From the NCBI GenBank assembly GCA_048885925.1, contig JBHLLG010000006.1:1-64000 (forward strand): a DNA stretch of 64,000 nt. The letters are read 5' to 3'. Below are positions 49,288 to 59,009 of the stretch, piece after piece (position 1 is the stretch's first letter; every line of letters begins with the position of its first letter). Position numbers and translations under genes: made by a program. The notes beneath the pieces were generated by a model, which worked only from the letters and a program-made list of their open reading frames with translations, searched no databases and was not told the origin of the DNA. The DNA comes from Candidatus Hermodarchaeota archaeon (lineage in GTDB: Archaea; Asgardarchaeota; Lokiarchaeia; Sigyniarchaeales; SOKP01).

Positions 49288-50532
49288 ATGTCATCCTCGA
49301 AGCAATCCACATTATCCTATCGAGCATGGCCTATATTTTTTCTTGGATTTATAAGATTATTTTATGTATCCATATTTGAAAGAGCTCTACAAAATTACCT
49401 TTACTTTGATATAGGTATAAAGGAAAGTGTATTAGGATTTATAAGTTCAGCAGGGGCAATAAGCTACATTTTTGCTCCTATTTTAGGTCAATTTATTACA
49501 AATAAGTTTCTAGGAATTAGGAAAGCTCTTATAATAAATTGTGTATTAACACCAATATTAACTGGATTTCAAATATTAATTCCTGAAGCTTGGTTTTTAA
49601 TTATATGTCGCATTTTACTTGGATTGGCAATGGGATTGTTTTGGCCTAACACCCTTTCTCTATTAAGTAAGTGGCAAAAAGTAAGTAGTATTGAAAAATC
49701 AAAGAAAAACTTCGCTCTTTTTAATTTCTCATGGAATTCTGGGTTCATTAGTGGACTTCTTATTGGTTTTTTATGGGCATTTTCTTGGAGTGATTATAAT
49801 GCTATGTTAATATCTTGGTTAATATCATTCCTCTTAATTCCTATAAGCTTCTTCATAAAAAGTGAAAAAGATTTAGAGATTTCAAAAAAAATAGTGATTT
49901 ATCAATCAGAAGACCCGCTATCTCATCTTGATATCGAAGAAGATTTAGTAGTGAATTCAAATACTCCAATGATCGTTTATCCCGTACTGTATTCATGGAT
50001 AATTATTTCTTTTTTAGCAATATCAAAATCAATTTTTATTTTTGGTTATCCTATTTTAGTAAAAGCACTCTTATCCGAGGATTATTCCTATCTCACGTAT
50101 CTTGTGCAATGCGGGTTACAATTAATGCAACTTATTGGTTTAACATGGATAAATTCAATGAAAATTTATAGCAGAAAATTAGCTTCCTTGATAAGTATTA
50201 TTACTGTTGCCATTGTGGCATTCACAATTGTTCTTTTAGGAAATATTTGGTATATTTCAGTTATAACTGCTATTGTTGGGTTATTTTTAGGATTAATACA
50301 TGGGGTTGGCCTAAAAATAATGTTAGAATATGGAACAGCTGAAAACACTTCAAAATATGCTACAATCAATGAAATCATAGTAGGTATGGGCTTTGGCTTA
50401 ACCCCTATAATTGCTGGGTATGCCATGGAAGTGTACATCTATGGAATACATATATTTTTGATCATCTTCGGAATTATAATTTTAATATTACTATTCTTTC
50501 TTTCCCAAAATATACATAAGGAAAAAATTTGA
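49288..50532 (+). CDS. MFS transporter
   Basis: About 12 TM helices; RILLGLAMGLFWP and FNFSWNSGF. Confidence 0.82.
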   Translation: MSSSKQSTLSYRAWPIFFLGFIRLFYVSIFERALQNYLYFDIGIKESVLGFISSAGAISYIFAPILGQFITNKFLGIRKALIINCVLTPILTGFQILIPEAWFLIICRILLGLAMGLFWPNTLSLLSKWQKVSSIEKSKKNFALFNFSWNSGFISGLLIGFLWAFSWSDYNAMLISWLISFLLIPISFFIKSEKDLEISKKIVIYQSEDPLSHLDIEEDLVVNSNTPMIVYPVLYSWIIISFLAISKSIFIFGYPILVKALLSEDYSYLTYLVQCGLQLMQLIGLTWINSMKIYSRKLASLISIITVAIVAFTIVLLGNIWYISVITAIVGLFLGLIHGVGLKIMLEYGTAENTSKYATINEIIVGMGFGLTPIIAGYAMEVYIYGIHIFLIIFGIIILILLFFLSQNIHKEKI

Positions 50533-50561
50533 ATTTAAATAGATTCAGAATTTTAAATTAT

Positions 50562-51047
50562 TTAAATATTCGATTGATTATTTTTAAAAAAATTTTTTAA
50601 ATGATTAATTAATTCTAATTCCAAATCTGCATCTTTCGGATATCCTTTTTCTGTTTGTTCTAAAAACTCATTTCTCAAATACTGCTCAATATCTAAAGAA
50701 TTGCCCAAGAATTTTATTAAATTATTGATCTCGAAATCATTTTCTACAATATTAGATAAAAACATATAAATCATAATACTTATTGCCTCTTCAAAATCTC
50801 TAGCTCCAACTACAAGAATAATATTTCTTTTAAATAACGTTCCTTGATAACTGAAGAGATTTGCATTCCCCCATTTTTTTATTTTGTATTTTAAGAAATC
50901 TAATACTCCCAAAATCTCAAGAGGTGTTTTTTCTTGATCTAGCTTAAAAAAAATTCCACATTCTGCCTTTTGTTCATAAATTGTTATTAAATTATTTATT
51001 TGAATTTTAAACTTTGCATTTAATGACGACGAGTTCTTCTTTGACAT
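50562..51047 (-). CDS. Hypothetical protein
   Basis: 161-aa ORF filling the gap; no recognisable motif. Confidence 0.6.
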   Translation of the reverse strand: MSKKNSSSLNAKFKIQINNLITIYEQKAECGIFFKLDQEKTPLEILGVLDFLKYKIKKWGNANLFSYQGTLFKRNIILVVGARDFEEAISIMIYMFLSNIVENDFEINNLIKFLGNSLDIEQYLRNEFLEQTEKGYPKDADLELELINHLKNFFKNNQSNI

Positions 51048-51108
51048 ACAATCAAACTATAAAATCATAAAAACTTATTATAGATAACTATAAATCTTTA
51101 ATATTTTA

Positions 51109-51327
51109 ATGAATGAATCGGTTAAATTTGATAAGAAATTTAGAAATCTCGCTTTAATAATATTAATCATTGCTTCATTCATCCTTACAATTTGGATTGT
51201 ACTTTATTTAAATTCACCAGAATTAGCATCCCCATTATTAATCTCTATAGGAATAGCATTATTATTAGCCGGAATTCTTTTATTCACCAGAATTCAATAT
51301 ATAATTTGGATGAAAACAAAATACTAA
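51109..51327 (+). CDS. Small two-TM membrane protein
   Basis: Two hydrophobic helices. Confidence 0.6.
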   Translation: MNESVKFDKKFRNLALIILIIASFILTIWIVLYLNSPELASPLLISIGIALLLAGILLFTRIQYIIWMKTKY

Positions 51328-51430
51328 CAACCAAATTTTTATTCTTATTACCTAATTACTATATTAGTATAAAATTATTAAATTAACTTCGCATTATTTT
51401 TAATTAGTAATATAACAGAAGGGGTCAAAA

Positions 51431-51955
51431 ATTCCTTTATTTAAAATTTGTATAGTGGGAGATTTTGGAGTAGGTAAAACTACTTTACTTCACCAATACT
51501 TAGAAAGGAGATTTACCCCCAATATAGCATCTACTATAGGATCTAATTTCTTTGTAAAACGACTCAAATTACCTAAAATTCAGGACATTATAACTCTACA
51601 GATATGGGATTTAGCAGGACAAGAACATTTTAAGTGGGTAAGGCATGAATTTTACAAGGGTGCGAAGGGAATAGTATATGTTTTCGATATTATGAATAAA
51701 AAAACATTTGAAGATCTTTATAATTGGAAAAAAGAAATAGATAAAGTTATAAAGGGTTTTTCTAGTGTACTTGTTGGAAATAAGCTTGATTTAGTTAATT
51801 CTGAAAACCAAGTGATTTCTCATAGAGAATCTGATCACCTTATAAAATTTTTAGGTGTATGTGGATATTTTGAAGCAAGTGCGAAATTAGGAACTGGTGT
51901 GGAAGATTTCTTTTTAAAATTAGTAGCAAATATGAGCAGAAAATCTAGTTACTAA
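51431..51955 (+). CDS. Rab-like small GTPase; true start probably upstream of the annotated GTG (candidate ATT at 51431)
   Basis: In-frame IPLFKICIV precedes GDFGVGKTT; then TIGSNF, LQIWDLAGQE, FYKGAKG, VGNKLD and EASAK. In-frame TAA at 51413 with no ATG/GTG/TTG before 51455. Confidence 0.85.
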   Translation: MPLFKICIVGDFGVGKTTLLHQYLERRFTPNIASTIGSNFFVKRLKLPKIQDIITLQIWDLAGQEHFKWVRHEFYKGAKGIVYVFDIMNKKTFEDLYNWKKEIDKVIKGFSSVLVGNKLDLVNSENQVISHRESDHLIKFLGVCGYFEASAKLGTGVEDFFLKLVANMSRKSSY

Positions 51956-51989
51956 TCTTTTTTTTTAACTATAACACTTATTTTGCTAA

Positions 51990-52823
51990 TTAAAAGAAAA
52001 TAAAAGATTCTAAGTTAAGTAAACCGAACCCAGTTTCTAATAATTCACCCAAACGAGTAATAAATCGGGTGGCAGGAGCACCATCCACAACATCATGATT
52101 AAATAAGACTGTCATCGTTAGATATTCTCGAATTTCAATTTTATCATTAATTACTCCTGGCTTTTTTGTGATTCCTCCTACTCCAAAAGCTAAAGGATGA
52201 TTAGTAGTAGGAATTGGCCAACCGTGTAGTTTTCCAAACATACCTACGGAAGAAACTATAATAGTTCCCATAAGTTGTTTTACTTTAATAGGATCTTTTA
52301 ATCTCTTCTTTATTAAAAAACGTCTCAGAAATTTTGGTAAAGAAAGGTAGGAATCTACCTTACTTTTTATATCATGTTTTCCTAGTACGGTTGCTCCACT
52401 TACGGCTTCGGATTTTGCTTGTCTTATTTCATCACTAATTTGTTTGACGGTTTTTTTATTTGTTTTTCTAATAACAAGTGGCATTGGGGATTTCACGTCA
52501 TTAACTGTTCTTTCAACTGTTATTGAAATATCAACATCATCAAATTTGATAATTTTATTCTTTCCCATCATCATGGAATGAACTTCCTTGAAATCACTTG
52601 CAGCTTGTCCAATACACTTAAGAAGCCAAGCAGTGAAAGATAATTTCTCATGTGTATTCTTTTCATGCTCTTGAATTTTGTTCCTTCCCTCTGTGACATC
52701 AAATTCAATCAAACCTTTTACATAATGCTTGTTATCTCCTAATGCAAGGAAATCCAATATTGGAATTCTTACTTTTGGAAAATCGGATATTTTATAATGT
52801 CCGATTTTGTTTAAATCCTTCAT
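51990..52823 (-). CDS. Stand-alone 2-oxoacid dehydrogenase E2-like acyltransferase catalytic domain
   Basis: EFDVT, GTIIVSSVGM, FNHDVVDGAPATRF. No lipoyl domain. Confidence 0.85.
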   Translation of the reverse strand: MKDLNKIGHYKISDFPKVRIPILDFLALGDNKHYVKGLIEFDVTEGRNKIQEHEKNTHEKLSFTAWLLKCIGQAASDFKEVHSMMMGKNKIIKFDDVDISITVERTVNDVKSPMPLVIRKTNKKTVKQISDEIRQAKSEAVSGATVLGKHDIKSKVDSYLSLPKFLRRFLIKKRLKDPIKVKQLMGTIIVSSVGMFGKLHGWPIPTTNHPLAFGVGGITKKPGVINDKIEIREYLTMTVLFNHDVVDGAPATRFITRLGELLETGFGLLNLESFIFF

Positions 52824-53087
52824 ATTTTGTTTCTTTATTATCTTTGAATCTATGATATTTTAGATCCTACAATTTATAAACTTGATCTTATGATTCAAGT
52901 AGCCTATATTCATTTTGTATTATTTCTAAACTTTTTTCTTTTAAGTCCCAGAAAATTATTTATTATATTGCCAATATGGATGAATAGAGTAAAAATAGAA
53001 AAGAAAACATTATTAACGATTCTGTAATAAATTCTATTAGACTACTTAAAATCGTAATACCTTTCTCCTTGTTTAAAGAATTAGATC

Positions 53088-54509
53088 ATGGATACCAAAA
53101 CAGAAAAATTACTTAATAGCATTGCCAATAAAGCAAAACTAGCTGAGGGCCTTGAGGGTATTAGATCAATTCTTTTAACTATGTATCGCTTCCCTTCTCT
53201 TAAAAACAAAAAAGTTTCACAAAAAACTGAAATCGCCATTCCTGCTCTTGCAGCTACTAGAAATGAACTAGTTAAAGCGGGTATAATCGAAAAAAGTAAT
53301 TATCTTGGAGAAAAAGGAAAAAAATGGGTCGAACAACACTTAAATTTAATTCTTGATTATGAACCTTTTCCTGATAGATTACATATTGAACTGAATGAAA
53401 TTCTTGAAGCGTTTCCTTATTTAAAGAAGCTTGAGAATTTTCTTAAGGATCGACCAACAGCAGAATACGCATTGGATCAATCTCATGCAAATTTCCATAC
53501 TATTCTAAAAAGATTAATATATTTACTTAAAAAAGGAGATATTGAAGGAAGAAAAATAATATTCCTTGGTGATGACGATACAACATCGTTAGCAGTTGCA
53601 TTGACAGGATTAGCTAAAGAGATAACAGTTTTAGATATTGATGAGCGGATTTTGGATTTTCTTTCAAAATCAGTATTAGAATTATCATTAAAAAATTATA
53701 ATGTTGTTCATCATGATTTAAGAGATCCATGTCCAGAAAATATCAAGAATTATTATGATGTTGTTGTGATGGATCCTCCCTATACCAATGAGGGATTACG
53801 CTTATTTTTAAAAAGAGCTAGGGAAGTTATAAAATTAAATATTAAAACAAATGAAAGAATTTATCCAATAATGGGAAAAAAATGCTTACTTTGTTTTGGA
53901 AATAAACCCCCAGAAGAAACGATGAACATACAATTATCAATATTAGATCATGGATTTATCCTTAAGGAAATGATCCCCAATTTCAATCATTACATTGGTG
54001 CGAGTATTTTAGGGCAATTTAGTCATCTTTATTACTTACAATCAGTAAATCCAATAAACCCTGAATTAACCTATGATTATGATTCACAGCCTATTTATAC
54101 TTCTGAAATTAAAGATGGAAGATCTTTACTTTTTCGTCCAATTGGATATCACTTTATAGGAGAAATGCGATTTATTTCTGAAAATTTACTTATGGATAAC
54201 AATTTTATATTCCAAGCATTTTTGGATTCTCTCAAATTAGCACAATTAACGATAATTGATATTTATAATCACAGTTACCATCCGTATGGATATAGTATAG
54301 TAGCAATATTAGAAACTAGCCATGCGGCTATTCATACATGGCCAGAACATGGTTATGCTAGTGTAGATTTTTTTATCTGTGATGAATTTCAAAAAGGATT
54401 AAAAGCTCTTAATTTACTAAAAAAAGAACTAAAACCAAAAACAGCTAAATTTTTTTACATTGAGCGTGGTAAAGAAAAAATAGATAAATATACTCCTGTT
54501 GAAATTTAA
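53088..54509 (+). CDS. Branched-chain polyamine synthase (BpsA-like) fused to S-adenosylmethionine decarboxylase (SpeD-like)
   Basis: BpsA-like LDQ, IIFLGDDD, VLDIDER, HDLR, MDPPYT.EG..LF; C-terminal GYH...PYGYS...LETSHAAIHTWPEHGYASVDFFIC of pyruvoyl AdoMetDC. Confidence 0.88.
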   Translation: MDTKTEKLLNSIANKAKLAEGLEGIRSILLTMYRFPSLKNKKVSQKTEIAIPALAATRNELVKAGIIEKSNYLGEKGKKWVEQHLNLILDYEPFPDRLHIELNEILEAFPYLKKLENFLKDRPTAEYALDQSHANFHTILKRLIYLLKKGDIEGRKIIFLGDDDTTSLAVALTGLAKEITVLDIDERILDFLSKSVLELSLKNYNVVHHDLRDPCPENIKNYYDVVVMDPPYTNEGLRLFLKRAREVIKLNIKTNERIYPIMGKKCLLCFGNKPPEETMNIQLSILDHGFILKEMIPNFNHYIGASILGQFSHLYYLQSVNPINPELTYDYDSQPIYTSEIKDGRSLLFRPIGYHFIGEMRFISENLLMDNNFIFQAFLDSLKLAQLTIIDIYNHSYHPYGYSIVAILETSHAAIHTWPEHGYASVDFFICDEFQKGLKALNLLKKELKPKTAKFFYIERGKEKIDKYTPVEI

Positions 54510-54647
54510 GAATTAATAAATAGATTTAAGGATCGTAAATCAGAATATTTTTAAAATTCTAAAAGATGAAATTTTCTTTTATTTTCTAATGGAAAATATT
54601 AAATACTTCAATATCATTCTTTTTCAAAAAATTATATTAAAAATTTA

Positions 54648-55151
54648 ATGATGTTAAAAATTACTAAAAAAAGATTTATTTATATCTTTGTAATATTCTT
54701 TTTAGCAAGTTTATTCTTAATTTCTGCAAAAGTAACAGCAAATTACCCTTCAAGTATGAGTTTGAGTTATAACTCATCTACTAAAGTACTTGATGTTACT
54801 ATTACTCATAACATCGGCTCTGATTCGCCTAATGATCATTACATAAAACTTGTCGAAATAAAACTAAATGGTTCTACAATCATAAGTCAACCCTACACTA
54901 GTCAACCCAACACTAATACATTTACTTATCAATATAATATGACTGCAGGAGATGGAGCACCTGTTCAAGTAACTGCAACCTGTAACAAATTTGGAGACAT
55001 TACAAGGTCAATAATTATAGGTGATGATTCTGGTAATCAAAATGGAAGTACAGAGATATCCGGGTACCTTGGATTCTTAATAATCACAAGCTTGGCTTTA
55101 ATTGTTCTCTTACCCTTAATTTATAGAAAAATAAAAATAAGAATTATTTAA
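54648..55151 (+). CDS. Small secreted Ig-like protein with a C-terminal ISGY-TM anchor
   Basis: Signal peptide, ITH...HYIK.VEI...CNKFG, then EISGY + TM + basic tail. Confidence 0.75.
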   Translation: MMLKITKKRFIYIFVIFFLASLFLISAKVTANYPSSMSLSYNSSTKVLDVTITHNIGSDSPNDHYIKLVEIKLNGSTIISQPYTSQPNTNTFTYQYNMTAGDGAPVQVTATCNKFGDITRSIIIGDDSGNQNGSTEISGYLGFLIITSLALIVLLPLIYRKIKIRII

Positions 55152-55265
55152 AATTAACATTTTTTTTAATTTAAATTCTAATCTTATTACTCTTTAATAG
55201 ATATAAACAAAAATTTTTTAAGTGAGATATGTAGAATTATCCATAGAAACCAACTAATTGACAAA

Positions 55266-57542
55266 ATGAAATCTTTTAATAAATTAAAAAAAATACTACT
55301 ATTTTTCATTGTTATAAACTCTCTAACATTTTTAATAAATATTCAAGATGGTTTTGCCTTGAATAATAATGAAGAATATTTAGATATTGATATTGAGTTT
55401 GAAATGTTTGAAGTTTCGGTTCAAGAAGGTTTTTATAATACTGTCAATTCTCTTGATATTGCATTACCGACTCCAACTTGGAATATTAAAGATCTTGAGA
55501 TGAATTTTACTAATATAGAATTTGATATTGAAACAAAGACTATTGAAGAAAATCCAACTAATAATGTACGTATATATAAAAAAGATAAAGGCTTTGGTGT
55601 TCAAATCGATATCACTGAACCTACTATTATTTATGGAGTGTATCTCTACGGATATGAGATTATGACTGCTACAACTACAACTATTAGAGCTCAAATAAAT
55701 GGTTATGATTATATTTGGAATAAACCAAACGCAACAAAATATAGGTCAACAGTATTGAATATGTCCGGTGAGACAAAATGGTATTATCAAAATTTTTCTT
55801 CACCACTCCCTCTCTCAGAAGGTTCTTATTATTTAATAGTTAATGGCACACAAATGCTTCCACAAGATGCTGCAGATTATTATTGGTATATGAATGATAT
55901 TAATCCTATTTACCCCGAATTGTATACTTCAAGTTATGATTCTGGTACTGGTACGTGGTTAGAAGGAATACAAGGAGCTCCATTTCTCTATGCCTTAAGA
56001 CAAAAAGTAAATACGTCTATTTTTCCAGAAAATATCAATATGACTGCTCAAATTGATGGAAATTCATATACTATATCAAATGGAAGTTCTCAGGGAAAGG
56101 GATTTTTAAAAAAAACAAATGTGAATTATAGTCCGAATAAAAATAAGATTAATATTGAAATTAAAAGTGATATTGATTCTCCTTTAAAATGTAATCTCTC
56201 GTACAATATAAACATAAATAATATTTTAGTTTCACCGGGTAAATTAAAAGTTAAATATAGTGAAACAAATGAATGGATTTTAACACCAGAAATAAAAAAA
56301 TATTCGAATAATCATACTATCAAATTTATTTACCCAAATAATTGGTATGGGATCCAAGTTCTGAAAGATTATACTGACATCACTTCAGAGCTCTTAGTAG
56401 ATAATATTAATAATTATATTCTTCTTCACAGTGAAGTGATTCAAAATAATAGTTATTGGGAAATAAGAGCAAGATCACCAAGTATTAAATTTACTCTTAG
56501 TGCTCCTATAACGAAGTTTAAAACAGGGCAAGAATTAGAATTTTCTATAGGGAATCCTATCTTGCCAGGTAATTATACATTTAAACTATATAATCCAATT
56601 GGAATAGAAAAAAACATTATTAAAAAAGAATTACCAAAAGATAGTAACAATTTCTCTTACAATGTTCCATTAAAGGCAACCGTAGGAAATTATACTGCTT
56701 ATGTTTTTTGGAATAACCAAACTGATGCGGGAGCTCAAGTTCAAATTTTTCAAATTTCTCAAGTTACTTCAAAAGATAACAATTGGGTTTTTCCTTTAAT
56801 CATTGGATTAGCAATAGCAGGAGGGGTAGTAATAATTGGAGGTTCAAGTTATTTAACAATCAAAAAGTCCCAATCAAGAAAAAGGGAAAAATTAAAAATG
56901 ATCTTAGAAAAATGCACTGATATTATGAGTTTAAGACATATAATTGTACTCCATACCAAATCAGGAATTGATGTCTATTCTCAATCATTTGGAGGAGAAG
57001 AACTTGACCCTACACTTATAGCAGGATTTTTACAAGCTATTCATAATTTTGGATCAGAGGTAATTGAGCATGCCAAAGATTCTCGAACTGTAAAAGTAGA
57101 ATATCAAAAATCTAATATTATTATGACTGAGTTTGTAAATTTAAGATTAATTATTATTATGGATAAGAATCCTTCAAAAAATTTTTACTATTCAATCGAA
57201 TCTCTTGCCTACTATATTTATAAGTATTATGGGAAATTATTAGAAAAATTCCAAGGAAGTCTTAAACCATTTCGAAGTATTGAAAAATTAGTAGAAAAAA
57301 CACTAAATGTCCCATTTATATACCCATTGAAGATCAAAGTTAATAAAAATTTGAAATTAAGCCAAAGTGAAAAAGAAATGGTTAAAAAAGCATCAACTTT
57401 CATGAAAGAAAATAATTTTGATTATTTCTATTCTTTATATCTCCTTCCAGATAACGTCTGCAGTCCAAAAGATTATGGAACAATCCTTAATTTAATCGAA
57501 AAAGGTGTATTTCAACCTATTGAAGATAAATCGAATCAATAA
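55266..57542 (+). CDS. Single-pass membrane protein, paralog 3 of the 30166/32699 family
   Basis: Shared WYYQ[DN]FS, FWNNQTDAG, TM helix, LIAGFLQAIHNFG and CSPKD. Confidence 0.8.
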   Translation: MKSFNKLKKILLFFIVINSLTFLINIQDGFALNNNEEYLDIDIEFEMFEVSVQEGFYNTVNSLDIALPTPTWNIKDLEMNFTNIEFDIETKTIEENPTNNVRIYKKDKGFGVQIDITEPTIIYGVYLYGYEIMTATTTTIRAQINGYDYIWNKPNATKYRSTVLNMSGETKWYYQNFSSPLPLSEGSYYLIVNGTQMLPQDAADYYWYMNDINPIYPELYTSSYDSGTGTWLEGIQGAPFLYALRQKVNTSIFPENINMTAQIDGNSYTISNGSSQGKGFLKKTNVNYSPNKNKINIEIKSDIDSPLKCNLSYNININNILVSPGKLKVKYSETNEWILTPEIKKYSNNHTIKFIYPNNWYGIQVLKDYTDITSELLVDNINNYILLHSEVIQNNSYWEIRARSPSIKFTLSAPITKFKTGQELEFSIGNPILPGNYTFKLYNPIGIEKNIIKKELPKDSNNFSYNVPLKATVGNYTAYVFWNNQTDAGAQVQIFQISQVTSKDNNWVFPLIIGLAIAGGVVIIGGSSYLTIKKSQSRKREKLKMILEKCTDIMSLRHIIVLHTKSGIDVYSQSFGGEELDPTLIAGFLQAIHNFGSEVIEHAKDSRTVKVEYQKSNIIMTEFVNLRLIIIMDKNPSKNFYYSIESLAYYIYKYYGKLLEKFQGSLKPFRSIEKLVEKTLNVPFIYPLKIKVNKNLKLSQSEKEMVKKASTFMKENNFDYFYSLYLLPDNVCSPKDYGTILNLIEKGVFQPIEDKSNQ

Positions 57543-57563
57543 TCTACCTCTTTAAAATTAGAA

Positions 57564-58454
57564 TTATTTACTTTTTCTTAATGTGAAAATTAACACTAAC
57601 ACTAACGGAATTCCTGTAATAAGCATATGTATAGTTAAGAAAACTTCTCTCGTAATCATAGCTAAAAATAGATAACTATATGCCACATAAATTAAAATAG
57701 TTGGTGGTACAATATCAAACAAAATTACACGTTTTAAATTTTCTCTTTTGATTAAAATAATAATAGAAATAAAAGAAATCGTCAAAATTTCAAAAATAAT
57801 AACTATTATTAAAGGTAAGTTATACAAAAAAGAAATTAGAGTTATAGAACCAATACTAAGCATTAATAATAAGGCTAATGGAATAGCCAGAAAAATAGTG
57901 TAAATTTTTCGATATGTAGAATTATGATTATCAATTTCCCTAATAGTTAAGATTTGAAATCTTTTCTTCTCTCTACTCCAGTTTAAATTGTAAGAGATTA
58001 AATATGCAATTGAAATTATAAACCACCCAGTAAAGTTAAAACTGGGTATTCCAAAAAAAGAACCACCCTCAAATTTCCATGTCCATAATCCCAAACTAAC
58101 AGCAATCGGATCCATACCCCAATCTAAGCTAAGAGCAAGTAAAGAAGTCGTTAAAATGCGAACTCCGAGACTTAAATTTAATCGTTCAGTTATAATCATT
58201 GAACTATAAATAATTCCCACCCATGCTAGTGGAATCGATAAAGGTACTATTCCAAAAAACATTATAGCTTCTTCAGCATAATAATGATGCCCTGATATAA
58301 TTCCTATAACTTCTAGAAAAATACCATATAAAAATAAGCTTACTAACATTAGTAATCGTTGAATACGGTTAGAAGATCCATTAAATATTGCATGAATTAC
58401 TGCTAATCCACATAAAATGGTCGCTGTAGGAATAGTAAAAGTTGCTAAACTCAT
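57564..58454 (-). CDS. Carotenoid biosynthesis protein family (CruF/DUF422-like) membrane protein
   Basis: EVIG..SG, VPLSIPLAW, DWGMDP.AV..G.WTW, GIPSFNFTGW. Confidence 0.75.
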   Translation of the reverse strand: MSLATFTIPTATILCGLAVIHAIFNGSSNRIQRLLMLVSLFLYGIFLEVIGIISGHHYYAEEAIMFFGIVPLSIPLAWVGIIYSSMIITERLNLSLGVRILTTSLLALSLDWGMDPIAVSLGLWTWKFEGGSFFGIPSFNFTGWFIISIAYLISYNLNWSREKKRFQILTIREIDNHNSTYRKIYTIFLAIPLALLLMLSIGSITLISFLYNLPLIIVIIFEILTISFISIIILIKRENLKRVILFDIVPPTILIYVAYSYLFLAMITREVFLTIHMLITGIPLVLVLIFTLRKSK

Positions 58455-58543
58455 AGTTGAATATTACTCTATTTTTACATTTTACAAAAGTACAAACATT
58501 TATATATACTATTTACTATTCTAATTTTACAGTAAAAATTTTT

Positions 58544-58566
58544 ATAGTAAAAAAACTTTTTACTAT
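58544..58566. promoter_or_regulatory. 10-3-10 inverted repeat ATAGTAAAAA-AAC-TTTTTACTAT with additional half-sites; candidate autoregulatory operator
   Basis: Exact inverted repeat about 20 bp before the wHTH start. TTTACTATTCTA is repeated near 58512, and TTTTACAGTAAAA lies near 58525. Confidence 0.5.
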
Positions 58567-58584
58567 TCTAAATGTGATAAAAAT

Positions 58585-59007
58585 ATGGCTAAAAAAAAAG
58601 AAAAGAAAAAACCAATTTTTGAAAAAGTTGGACTTGTATTTAGGAGCCCTGTAAGAGCTGATATTTTGCGAGAGCTTTCAGAAAATCCACAGAAACCAAT
58701 TGAAATCGCTGAAAATATTGGACTTCAAAAACAAAACATTAATTATCATTTGAATGCGTTAAAAAGAGGTGGATTAGTTAAAACTCATAAAAAAGAATTA
58801 ACAGAAGCAGAAATGCCAAAAGGTAAAGGAACAAGAATTAATGGAATAAGTAAAAGTGGCAAATTAAAAGTTACTCAAGGGGTGGAACTTACCAAAAATG
58901 GAAAAAATATTGTAAGTCAATTTATAAGTCCACTTTATGAAGAAATGGTTGAAGAAAAAGAACGTGTAAAAAAAGTACTTAAGAAAGATAAAAAGGAGGA
59001 TGAATAA
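58585..59007 (+). CDS. ArsR-like winged-helix regulator
   Basis: SPVRADILRELSE...EIAENIGLQKQNINYHLNALKRGGLV. Confidence 0.85.
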   Translation: MAKKKEKKKPIFEKVGLVFRSPVRADILRELSENPQKPIEIAENIGLQKQNINYHLNALKRGGLVKTHKKELTEAEMPKGKGTRINGISKSGKLKVTQGVELTKNGKNIVSQFISPLYEEMVEEKERVKKVLKKDKKEDE

Positions 59008-59009
59008 GT

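Noticed and set aside
48577-51955. ICMT-family gene near a Rab-like GTPase as a prenylation/methylation system
   Set aside because: The GTPase ends in RKSSY with no C-terminal Cys motif, ICMT/PEMT-like proteins are widespread in prokaryotes, and three genes intervene.
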